Positions 1-8,735 of a stretch of DNA of 64,000 bases are shown piece by piece. The position numbers and the translations under genes were made by a program. This DNA is from Candidatus Heimdallarchaeota archaeon (lineage in GTDB: Archaea; Asgardarchaeota; Heimdallarchaeia; Heimdallarchaeales; Heimdallarchaeaceae): positions 128,001 through 192,000 of the forward strand of contig JAUVXV010000005.1 of assembly GCA_030603365.1 (NCBI GenBank), in the 5' to 3' direction. Under the pieces are notes generated by a model, which ran no database searches, was not told where the DNA came from, and worked only from the letters and a program-made list of their open reading frames with translations. Each line of letters starts with the position of its first letter. The first letter of the stretch is position 1.

Positions 1-1
1 A

Positions 2-214
2 GTTATTATTTGTCCTCATTGTGAAGCTGAAAACATTGTATCTAGTGAAGCCAAGATACAAGAAGTGGAAAAAACAATTGAGGAAGAAGAAACTGAATGA
101 ATATAAAGAAACTCCAACCTTTCAAATTACTTGCCTCATTCTATTGTCTGTCCTTATTGTCATAGTAGTTTGACTAGATGGATGAATCAACAACGAATCA
201 ATAGAGGGTTTTGA
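2..214 (+). CDS. 3' end of a truncated zinc-finger protein (CPHC ... CPYC-x6-W)
   Basis: Frame from base 2 reads VIICPHCEAENIV. From 131 it reads LPHSIVCPYCHSSLTRWMNQQRINRGF-stop, resembling the CPNCHTDLSHW end of the next gene. Continuity across about 90-130 is unclear because that printed line looks one base short. Confidence 0.45.
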
Positions 215-261
215 AATGTTTATTAACAGCTATGCAAAAAGAAGTATAGGGAGATAAAAGA

Positions 262-1212
262 ATGAATGTTGAGGATTTTGGATATTTTGCTTTTCTAGTA
301 GTAATTGCGCTAATTGCTATTCCTATACGTAGATCTAGAAAGAAGAAGAAGAAACAACGTTCAAGAAATCGATATTATTCCACTTATAATCCTCAAGTAG
401 CTCATCAAACATATCAACAACAAGTTCAATACACAATGACTCCCAGAAGCACTTTTGATATGGAAAATTTATTAGAAGATCTGAAGCTTACTGATGCTCC
501 TGTAATTCAAAGAGCAATTAATGGCTTTCAGGTCGAAACTTCAGAAGATCATAGATATTCTTTGTTCTCTGAAATAAAGATTATAGAGCAACAGAACAGC
601 TTTTTGAAAGTATATTGTACTTTAAGAAAAATCATTCCTTCAAGTCTTGAAATAAGAAGAAGAAGCTCTATAGTAGTACAAGCACAAAATGAGATTAAAA
701 TTCCACAACTTGATAATTTCTTTTCAATAGTTTCTGAACACCAGGATATGTGGTTCGCAATTCTTCACAATCATGAGTTAATTCATCGTTTTGAGAATCT
801 GAAAGATCACTTAGAGTTTCTATATATAAGTGAGGATCATATGGTAGCAATTGTGGATAAGGATTATGCAGTTCGACCAATGTTAGATTTAACTTTGGTT
901 CTACATGAAAATCTCAGAGATTTAGCAGGAGATGTTTCAGAATATCATGTAGAACAGTTGAAATGCTATAATTGTGATGATCCTTTTGACCCACTAGAGG
1001 AGGTTTGTGACAAGTGTGGAGCTCAAAGACCTAGATGCATGATCTGTTACCTCGATCTCAAACCTTCTGATAAGCAAGAAGTTGTAAAACATCCTTGCTG
1101 TCAAATCTATTCACACAAGCATCACATACTTTCATGGTTAAAGAAGAATAACAAATGTCCGAACTGTCATACAGATTTAAGTCACTGGTCCAAGAAATTA
1201 TTACTTCAGTAA
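262..1212 (+). CDS. Membrane-anchored zinc-ribbon + RING-variant protein (putative E3 ubiquitin ligase-like)
   Basis: N-terminal TM (FGYFAFLVVIALIAIPI) followed by a K/R run. CYNC..CDKC zinc ribbon. Then CMIC-x14-CC-x4-H-x2-H-x3-W-x6-CPNC, a RING-H2-like spacing including the conserved Trp. Confidence 0.75.
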   Translation: MNVEDFGYFAFLVVIALIAIPIRRSRKKKKKQRSRNRYYSTYNPQVAHQTYQQQVQYTMTPRSTFDMENLLEDLKLTDAPVIQRAINGFQVETSEDHRYSLFSEIKIIEQQNSFLKVYCTLRKIIPSSLEIRRRSSIVVQAQNEIKIPQLDNFFSIVSEHQDMWFAILHNHELIHRFENLKDHLEFLYISEDHMVAIVDKDYAVRPMLDLTLVLHENLRDLAGDVSEYHVEQLKCYNCDDPFDPLEEVCDKCGAQRPRCMICYLDLKPSDKQEVVKHPCCQIYSHKHHILSWLKKNNKCPNCHTDLSHWSKKLLLQ

Positions 1213-1327
1213 TTTGAAGTTCAAAAAACTGATTAATCTGATTCATGAGATGGGTTTCTGTCTTCTTCTACTTCTGGAATATGTTTTTATTTTGTAATGT
1301 AACTAATTGTATTGTAAAAGTGGTTAC

Positions 1328-1729
1328 ATGACTAAGAAAAAAAAAGAACTAAAAAAGAAAGCAAGAAAAAGCTTAGATTTTATTGGACGAATGCGACTTT
1401 ATTTCTTCAGAGGTCATAATTCATGGCTATATCTTCCAATTTGGTTTATCAATATCCTAATTGTTTTCTATAAACTTCTTCTCGAAGATTTGTACTTCCT
1501 TCCAGAATGGGTTTCCTTCTGGAATTTCGCAATCATCTTTTCAGTAATCTACTTCCCTCTAGCTGTATTGGTTGGAAGATTTGATTACTATAGGGGAACA
1601 TACAAAGGAGAAGCAGAAGTAGGAATGGCAGTTAATCCCATCTGGATAAGACAGTTCAAAGAACTTGAGAGTTTAAAAACAGAATTAGCTGAAATAAAGG
1701 AATTGTTGTCAGAAAATAAAACCAGTTGA
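1328..1729 (+). CDS. Hypothetical membrane protein (2 TM, C-terminal coiled coil)
   Basis: ATG at 1328 preferred over the track TTG at 1307. Two hydrophobic segments and an ELESLKTELAEIKELL heptad pattern. Confidence 0.7.
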   Translation: MTKKKKELKKKARKSLDFIGRMRLYFFRGHNSWLYLPIWFINILIVFYKLLLEDLYFLPEWVSFWNFAIIFSVIYFPLAVLVGRFDYYRGTYKGEAEVGMAVNPIWIRQFKELESLKTELAEIKELLSENKTS

Positions 1730-1737
1730 AAGAAATC

Positions 1738-2088
1738 TCAGAGATATGGAATCACACATAGGAATACTAAGGTTTCATTTCCAGTATTCTTATATCCGTG
1801 AGGTTCATCAGGAGGAATATAGAGAACATCATCTTTTCTCATAACTGCTGTTTCAAAATGGGTAAATACTTCTCCTTCACCTGATAGACAATATATCTCA
1901 TGTTCTTGAGGATGGCCATGAATCCCTATCTGACCACCAGGTTGAATTTCGAATCGTCTGAGAGCATATCTAGGAGCACCCTCTTTTTCTTTAGTGATTA
2001 ACCATCGTACAGTTGTTTTAGTTGACCCATAATCTGTAACTTGTTGTTCTTCTTCCTCTGTAAAATGTTTTAATTTCATCATTATCAC
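1738..2088 (-). CDS. Cupin domain protein
   Basis: Cupin motifs PGGQIGIHGHPQEHEIYCLSGEG and DVLYIPPDEPHGYKN. Confidence 0.9.
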   Translation of the reverse strand: MIMMKLKHFTEEEEQQVTDYGSTKTTVRWLITKEKEGAPRYALRRFEIQPGGQIGIHGHPQEHEIYCLSGEGEVFTHFETAVMRKDDVLYIPPDEPHGYKNTGNETLVFLCVIPYL

Positions 2089-2215
2089 TTAACGAAACAA
2101 ATTCTCTTTTTTAATTATAAAAAAACTTTCGTTTCAGTAAAACTAGTTGTAGTTAAACGAAAATGCTTATTTATTTCTCAACATAATTACTAGTAGAAAG
2201 AAAGGAGCAACATAA

Positions 2216-3010
2216 ATGAGCGAAGGATTTTGTCCAGACCATTCTCCCGAATATTATGAGGAATTTCAACGAGAAATTGAGTACACTAAAGAATTCAGAA
2301 AGAAAATCTATGAAAAAATAGGTTTGAAGAACGCTAGAAGAGTCTTAGAAGTAGGTTGTAGACAAGGTTTGATCAGCCAAGAATTAAGAGCTGAAACTGA
2401 GGCTCAAATAACATCAATTGACTCAGATTATGATAATATAGCTGATAACTCTAAAAGAATAAAAGGTATAGAATTTTACAGAGAAGCAGCTGATAAATTA
2501 TCCATGAGGGATGAGTCGTATGATATTGTTGTTTGTCATTTCTTTTTCTTATGGAAACCTAAACCTTTTGGTTCACTTATGGAGCTTAATAGAGTTTGTA
2601 AAAAAGGTGGATATATAGTAGCTCTTGCTGAACCAGATTACCTAGGTTGGATAGAAAATCCTGATCTAGGTCTAGGAGCTTATAACGTTGAGACAATTCA
2701 AAATCAAGGTGGTAATCCTGGTGTTGGACGAAGCCTATTGTCTATTTTCTCATCAGGAGGGCTAGAAACAGAAATAAATATTAATACTCGAATCTGGCCT
2801 CAAAGTGAGCTTGAAGGATGCTATGAGCAAGAATGGACTAATATATACAATGAAGGATTAATTTCTGAAGAAGAATACAAAGCAAAAGTTGCAGAAGAAA
2901 AGAAGATTATTGATGACAAACTTAGAGTAATAGCTTTACCAGTATTCTCGGCTATTGGCAAAAAAGTAACTCTCCTTGAAGAAACAATAGATCCTTATGA
3001 TGATTATTAA
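2216..3010 (+). CDS. Class I SAM-dependent methyltransferase
   Basis: VLEVGCRQG motif I, DESYDIVVCH, LNRVCKKGGYIV. Confidence 0.85.
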   Translation: MSEGFCPDHSPEYYEEFQREIEYTKEFRKKIYEKIGLKNARRVLEVGCRQGLISQELRAETEAQITSIDSDYDNIADNSKRIKGIEFYREAADKLSMRDESYDIVVCHFFFLWKPKPFGSLMELNRVCKKGGYIVALAEPDYLGWIENPDLGLGAYNVETIQNQGGNPGVGRSLLSIFSSGGLETEININTRIWPQSELEGCYEQEWTNIYNEGLISEEEYKAKVAEEKKIIDDKLRVIALPVFSAIGKKVTLLEETIDPYDDY

Positions 3011-3801
3011 TTGATCTTCTCAATTATAACGACAAGATCATTACTTTTTTCTTCATCAAACTTGTTCCCTTGATAGTCACCTAGAAATGATACTTGTAAA
3101 TTTTCTTGTTCTTGAATATTATCAAAATCACTTTTCCTAGGAATAAAAAATTCAGTTCTTTTTCTAACTAACTCAAAATCATCTGAATCTTTAGAACCTT
3201 GAAGTATCTTTTGAACATACATAGTTACTTTTTCTTTCTTTATTTTCCATTCCATTATTCTAATATGAAAGATTAAAGAACCATTATTAGACCTTTGTAG
3301 GTTTGGATTATAATACCACTCAGTATCATTAACATGGGCTAGATAATTAACTGCTTGTAAGAGGATTTTCCCATTGGGATTAAGTACATTAATCAGCTGT
3401 TGAATAATGTTATTCCGATCTTGAGTATTAAAAATTGATAAGGTATTTCCAATACAGTAGATAAAATCAAATTTACTTTCTCCCACCTTGTTTTCTATTT
3501 CTAAGATATCTCCTAGAACGAATTTAATTTTTTCTTGAACAGAACTCTTTTCAGCTAATTTAATAGCTTCATCTATATTTTGTTCTGAGATATCAACTCC
3601 TATCCCACTTAATCCCCATTTACTTAGCATAACAAGATGAAATCCAGTTCCACAAGAAACATCTAAAACTTGAGAATTAGATGGTACCATACCTTCTAGA
3701 AGTTTCTTGAAAAAAGGTGCTTCTTTCTTTAATCTATCTCCCCATTTGACTAAATCTTGATACAATATCTCATCTTTCCACTCTATTTCCATCTTGAACA
3801 T
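3007..3801 (-). CDS. Class I SAM-dependent methyltransferase (glycine/sarcosine N-MT-like)
   Basis: VLDVSCGTGFH, GVDIS, FDFIYCIGNTL, LNPNGKILL. Confidence 0.85.
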   Translation of the reverse strand: MFKMEIEWKDEILYQDLVKWGDRLKKEAPFFKKLLEGMVPSNSQVLDVSCGTGFHLVMLSKWGLSGIGVDISEQNIDEAIKLAEKSSVQEKIKFVLGDILEIENKVGESKFDFIYCIGNTLSIFNTQDRNNIIQQLINVLNPNGKILLQAVNYLAHVNDTEWYYNPNLQRSNNGSLIFHIRIMEWKIKKEKVTMYVQKILQGSKDSDDFELVRKRTEFFIPRKSDFDNIQEQENLQVSFLGDYQGNKFDEEKSNDLVVIIEKIN

Positions 3802-3855
3802 CTTTAGATATTCTATAAAGTTCTTAACACTATTTGTTACTCAAAAATTGGAATA

Positions 3856-4782
3856 TTATATAAATTCCCAAATTTCCCAGTATTTCTCAAGACTATTTAC
3901 TGCAGCTTTTGCCCCATGATACTTTAAAATTTCATTACGATCGATTTTTCTGGTACTATAAAACATATTCAATAACGAACCTCTAGTCAATTCAGAATCA
4001 GGGTTAATGAAGTGAACAATATCTTGCATTTCTTTAAAATCAATATATTCTGCCTCGTAGTAACTTGCTGCAGGAGTCTCACAGAATAAAGATTCTATAG
4101 AAATTACATTATATGTTCTGCCAGTTTCAGGATTTATATGATCAAGAACATAATCACAGAAATTTAACGTTTCAAACATTTTTCCCCTTGAAACAGGTTC
4201 ATTGAGATAGTGGATTTTTGTTGATTTATTCTTATTTATTTCATCTATTGCTTCTTGCAATAATTTTGAACCCTTGATATGAGGAGAATGAGCAAAATGA
4301 CCTACAATGAAGTCGATCCCCTTTTCATCCTTAAATTTCTCCTTCTTTTCCTTAATTTCTTCTGAAGGGTAAAATTTCTTTTCATCAACTATTCTAGGCA
4401 AAAAGATTGAAATTTGACTATAATCTAGAAGCTCTTTTAGAGATACAAAAGAAGGGAACTTGGGTTTAACTGTTCCCAGTCTCAAATCAGAACCATGATA
4501 AGAATAGCAGGTATTCTTTGCTCTAACACATTTAGGATAAGTTCCATTTACAATTTGGATATCTGCTTTTTTGATTAATCTTCCAAAGGTCATCCAAAAA
4601 CCTGTATGGACATAATTCCAGAACAATGACCCTTGAACAGATCCAAGTTTGTGATATTTAACTGGTTGGTCTGTGTATTTATTATGTTGAAAGAAATAGT
4701 CTACTTTGTAACCTCTATTTTCTAATTCCTTACCGATCAAATAACTCTGACTAGCATAATCTCCAACAATCGAAACTTTCAA
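3856..4782 (-). CDS. GT-B fold glycosyltransferase (GT4-like)
   Basis: KELENRGYKVD, YHGSDLR, H..SPHIKG and SIESLFCETP resemble GT4 donor-binding motifs. TTG start. Confidence 0.7.
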   Translation of the reverse strand: MKVSIVGDYASQSYLIGKELENRGYKVDYFFQHNKYTDQPVKYHKLGSVQGSLFWNYVHTGFWMTFGRLIKKADIQIVNGTYPKCVRAKNTCYSYHGSDLRLGTVKPKFPSFVSLKELLDYSQISIFLPRIVDEKKFYPSEEIKEKKEKFKDEKGIDFIVGHFAHSPHIKGSKLLQEAIDEINKNKSTKIHYLNEPVSRGKMFETLNFCDYVLDHINPETGRTYNVISIESLFCETPAASYYEAEYIDFKEMQDIVHFINPDSELTRGSLLNMFYSTRKIDRNEILKYHGAKAAVNSLEKYWEIWEFI

Positions 4783-4893
4783 CCAATATCACATTCTGAA
4801 TACTTTTTACATATATTAAAAGTTTAGTCCTAGATTTTTAGTTTGATAGTAAAAAATAAATTCTACGAGATTTCAATCTACTTGGTTATACTA

Positions 4894-5268
4894 ATGGAAA
4901 AACTTGAAGAATTTAAGGAATTTAGAAAAGAAATGGATGAAAAGATATTTGATTTACAGAATAAACAAATTAATCGTTTCTACGCTATAGATACTGGAGC
5001 TTATCTAGAAGGAGCATTGCCAGTTAAAATTAAAGAATTATTAGGTTTATCTACTTCTCTAGTTCTACGATGTGAAGATTGTATTAGATATCATGTAATA
5101 AGAGCCGTACAAGAAGGTTGTACAGATGATGAAATAGCAGAAACTTTATCCATATCATTAATTGTAGGTGGATCAATAGTCATACCAGAAATGCGAAGAG
5201 CAGTAAATGTTTTATCTCAACTCAGAGAAAAACAAAAAAAAGGAGAATCATTAGATAATATCCTCTAA
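4894..5268 (+). CDS. Carboxymuconolactone decarboxylase / AhpD family protein
   Basis: GALPVKIKELLGL..SLVLRCEDCIRYH CMD signature with CxxC. ATG 4894 preferred over the track start 4843. Confidence 0.88.
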   Translation: MEKLEEFKEFRKEMDEKIFDLQNKQINRFYAIDTGAYLEGALPVKIKELLGLSTSLVLRCEDCIRYHVIRAVQEGCTDDEIAETLSISLIVGGSIVIPEMRRAVNVLSQLREKQKKGESLDNIL

Positions 5269-5275
5269 CTAAAAT

Positions 5276-5797
5276 TTATCGATAACTTTTGAGTTTATCC
5301 AGCTCTTCGTTTAGAAGATTTTTAGCTTCAGAAAGAGCGCTATTGATTTTCAAAGCATTCTTATAACAATCAACAGCTTCATCTCCTGTATGAATTTTAC
5401 CTAATTCCATCCAATCTTTAGAAGTTTGAGGAAGTTTGTTTTCAAGAATATATTCAAGGCTTTCACAGGGAGTACCAAATTCAACAAAAACCATATCTTG
5501 GTCGATTAATTCAGCTGAACCCGGAGGAATTACTGAAGAGAAGAATTCTTCTCTGTATCTCGGATTTTGGTACTTCTGAGAAACTAACCATATCCATCGA
5601 GGAGGATCTAAATATGTAAGTAAGACATGAGATTTATGTTCGATTTTTGCCTTACACTTTGGACAATATGAAAAGTTAATTTTCCCCTCTTTGACATCCT
5701 TTATGACCTTAGGATTTTCTGAAAGATTTATAGCTTCGCCAACTCTCTTTTTTAATCTAGTTCCACAATTTTGACATTCTATCTCTTTTAATGGCAA
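5276..5797 (-). CDS. CpXC-domain protein with C-terminal TPR-like repeat
   Basis: IECQNCG ... FSYCPKC with CpXC-type spacing. C-terminal EAVDCYKNALKIN TPR. Confidence 0.7.
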   Translation of the reverse strand: MPLKEIECQNCGTRLKKRVGEAINLSENPKVIKDVKEGKINFSYCPKCKAKIEHKSHVLLTYLDPPRWIWLVSQKYQNPRYREEFFSSVIPPGSAELIDQDMVFVEFGTPCESLEYILENKLPQTSKDWMELGKIHTGDEAVDCYKNALKINSALSEAKNLLNEELDKLKSYR

Positions 5798-5878
5798 TAT
5801 GAACCCCTTCTATTATGTTATTACCATTAATTACATTGGTTGACATCATTTATATAATTTATCCTTCAAATTCACAAA

Positions 5879-6376
5879 GTGACCGACATAAAACCTAAAA
5901 TTATGCTTTTGCAAATTTCTGTAGTAGTTGCACTAATAGGCTTTTTAGATGCACTATATTTGTATTATATGGAAATTTCTCGCAAATTCAAGTGCTTAAT
6001 TAACACAGGACTCTTTCAGTGTGAAACAGTAAATTCAAGTGATTATGCAAAAATCCTGGGGATTCCATTAAGTTTGTTAGGTTGTCTCTTTTATTTAGCT
6101 GTGATAATATTCCTCTTTCTAGCTATATTTGATAAAAATCAATACTGGTTAAGTTTCTTTCTTCCAGCTCTGGTTATTTTTGGTTTTATCTTTTCTATTT
6201 ATCTAACCGCAATAGAGATTTTTGCTATACACTTCTTCTGCGAATTCTGTATAATATCTGCGGTATGTTCAGTGACATTATTTATTTTGATATTGATAGC
6301 CAAACTGAAGAATTTTCCATCTTTATTCTCAAAACTTGATTTCTGGAATATGTTTAAGAAAGAAATTGTGGAATAA
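5879..6376 (+). CDS. Vitamin K epoxide reductase (VKOR) family disulfide-forming membrane protein
   Basis: Loop Cys pair KC...QCETVNSS, ILGIPLSLLG, active-site CEFC, 4-5 TM. Confidence 0.9.
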   Translation: MTDIKPKIMLLQISVVVALIGFLDALYLYYMEISRKFKCLINTGLFQCETVNSSDYAKILGIPLSLLGCLFYLAVIIFLFLAIFDKNQYWLSFFLPALVIFGFIFSIYLTAIEIFAIHFFCEFCIISAVCSVTLFILILIAKLKNFPSLFSKLDFWNMFKKEIVE

Positions 6377-6434
6377 TTCAAGTAGTCAATTATATAAGTG
6401 GCTTTGTACATGAAGGAGTAAATAGAGGAAAAGT

Positions 6435-8672
6435 GTGATAATGAGAAAATCTGTAACTTCTATTCTTTTGGTTCTTTTCATCACAGTATCTTTGTCCCAT
6501 AATTTCTCACCAGTTTTGGCAGAAGAAACTGATATTCTATTATCCAATCCAACCACCAATCAACCAATTAAAGAGTTAGTTAGCTCTGGTTCGATTGTTA
6601 TTTATTCAGATGCTGATTTTGAAAGTTATGCTATACCTGGAAGTGGGACGATTGATGATCCATATAGAATTGAGAATTTATTGATAGAATTACTCAACAG
6701 TTATGGGATTTATATCAGTGGTGTTCACAAATATTTCGTTATTCAAAACTGTCATATTAGGAATCTGACTTATGGTGGAATTATTGTTCAGAATACTTAC
6801 TCTGGTTATGGCAATATAACCAATAATGTGGTCGAAAATTGCAATGATGACGGTATTTATGTTCAAAGATGTGAAGGAATAACTATTAGTGATAATACTT
6901 GTACCAATAATATAGATGGTATCAATATAAAACTTTCAAATAATTGTACTGTTAGGAATAACATATGTGAAGATAATCTAGCCGTAGGAATCCATATAGA
7001 GCTTGATTCCCCCAACTGTTTATTTGAGAATAATACTGTCAACTCGAATGACAATTTTGGTATGTTTTTCTATAAATCAAATGGTGCTTTTGTTTATAAT
7101 AACAGTTTAATAAACAATGATTTTGAAGTATATGAGGATACGATCGAAGAATATCTGAAATATGAAATTGAAGATAACACCATCAATGGTACAAAAATGG
7201 GTTATTTTAAAAACTCAGAGAAATTCACAATAAATGATACCGACTACAACAAACTATACATTATGAATTGTTCAGAAGTTGTGGTAGAGAATTTGATTAT
7301 TGAAGGTAACTTTGTAGGAATATTTAGTTACTGGAGCAATAATTGTACTTTCCAACAGAATCTCTTTACAGGAAACATACAAATAGGACTTTATATTCAT
7401 AATTCAAATTTCACAAACATCATCAACAATAACTTTGCATTCAACTTACATGGTTTTGGTCTTGTTGACTCTTTTCATATTCTCATTAAAGGTAATAACT
7501 TTACAAGTGATGGAATAATCTTTGAAAATATAAACATTCTTGCTGTACCAACAATAACAATAGAAAACAATCTAGTAAATGGTTTGAAACTAGGATATTT
7601 CTATAAAGAACAATCTCTTACACTTTCAACTCCAGAGTACGGACAGTTGATTTTCTATAACTGTACTGACATCATTGTATCAAATCAAGTTTTATCTCAG
7701 ACTCAGGTAGCAATTACAGTTGTATTATCGAGGAATTTTGTGATTTCAAACTGTATAACTTCTGAAAGCGCTGCAGGTATAATAATGAATTCTTGTTATA
7801 ATGTCACAATTCTAGATTGTTCAATAAATGAAAACTCACTTGGCTTAAGTGCATATGATCTCTCTCTTTTTACTGTTGAAAATACAGAAATAAATTCCAA
7901 TAGGGATTCAGGATTCGAACTGTTAGCTTCTAATAATGTAATAATCAATCATTGTACTGTAAATAATAATGAGTTTGGGTTATTCTGTATAAATAATTTT
8001 GATGTTAGAGTCAATGGGTCTCTCATAGCCAATAATACTCAAATTAATCTCTATGCTCACGAAATGGATTATTTCTATATTTACTACACAGACTTATACT
8101 TCAGCACCTATGGAATATATTTACAATTGACAGAAGTGTGCTTCATCAAATACTGTAACATCAAGAATGCTGATGTCGATGGGATTCACTTAAGAGATTC
8201 TATTCGTGTTAATGTATTGTGGAGCAATAGTAGCTTAAACTTATTTGGAATCAGATCAAGAGGTTCTACTTTCTGTAAATTCCTGTATAATACATTTGCA
8301 GGAAATGCAGAATATGGCATCTCACTAAATCTTGCATCGGAACATAATCTCATCCATCATAATGTTTTCAATGAAAACAAAGCAAATGATGTTACAGGAA
8401 GGTTATCTCAATGTTTTGATGATGGTTACAACAACACATGGTATGATATTGTAACTTATGAAGGAAACCGGTGGTCTAATATTGATTCATATTATTACCA
8501 AATCTCTGGTTATGCCTATTCTGTTGACATCTTCCCTCTGAATCCTGTTGAAGTAACATATCCTACAGAACCATCTGATGAATCGTCCTTCTATTTACTA
8601 GTTCCATTGGTATCTTTGGTTCCAATAATCGCAATTTATACTATTAAACGTAAGAAGAGAAATATACAATAA
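6435..8672 (+). CDS. Secreted right-handed parallel beta-helix (NosD/CASH) surface protein, C-terminal TM anchor
   Basis: Signal peptide, GSGTIDDPYRIEN cap, many GIxL..S.N..I.NN repeats, GNRWS..D.FPL end, TM plus KRKKR. Confidence 0.88.
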   Translation: MIMRKSVTSILLVLFITVSLSHNFSPVLAEETDILLSNPTTNQPIKELVSSGSIVIYSDADFESYAIPGSGTIDDPYRIENLLIELLNSYGIYISGVHKYFVIQNCHIRNLTYGGIIVQNTYSGYGNITNNVVENCNDDGIYVQRCEGITISDNTCTNNIDGINIKLSNNCTVRNNICEDNLAVGIHIELDSPNCLFENNTVNSNDNFGMFFYKSNGAFVYNNSLINNDFEVYEDTIEEYLKYEIEDNTINGTKMGYFKNSEKFTINDTDYNKLYIMNCSEVVVENLIIEGNFVGIFSYWSNNCTFQQNLFTGNIQIGLYIHNSNFTNIINNNFAFNLHGFGLVDSFHILIKGNNFTSDGIIFENINILAVPTITIENNLVNGLKLGYFYKEQSLTLSTPEYGQLIFYNCTDIIVSNQVLSQTQVAITVVLSRNFVISNCITSESAAGIIMNSCYNVTILDCSINENSLGLSAYDLSLFTVENTEINSNRDSGFELLASNNVIINHCTVNNNEFGLFCINNFDVRVNGSLIANNTQINLYAHEMDYFYIYYTDLYFSTYGIYLQLTEVCFIKYCNIKNADVDGIHLRDSIRVNVLWSNSSLNLFGIRSRGSTFCKFLYNTFAGNAEYGISLNLASEHNLIHHNVFNENKANDVTGRLSQCFDDGYNNTWYDIVTYEGNRWSNIDSYYYQISGYAYSVDIFPLNPVEVTYPTEPSDESSFYLLVPLVSLVPIIAIYTIKRKKRNIQ

Positions 8673-8704
8673 ACTAGCTCTTCTCCTCCTTTTTCTCAAA
8701 CACA

Positions 8705-8712
8705 TTTAAAAA
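8705..8712 (+). promoter_or_regulatory. Archaeal TATA box (probably leaderless transcript)
   Basis: TTTAAAAA about 30 nt upstream of ATG 8736. The same geometry recurs at 22416, 24353, 25309, 27814 and 46814. Confidence 0.5.
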
Positions 8713-8735
8713 ATGTAAAAACTAAGCAATATTAG

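Noticed and set aside
2091-2162. AACGAAA/TTTCGTT inverted and direct repeats between the cupin and methyltransferase genes
   Set aside because: Short, AT-rich, and explainable as BRE elements of back-to-back promoters.
2216-3801. Convergent methyltransferase pair as a restriction-modification or defence system
   Set aside because: No DPPY/NPPY or PC motifs and no nuclease nearby. Both look like small-molecule methyltransferases.
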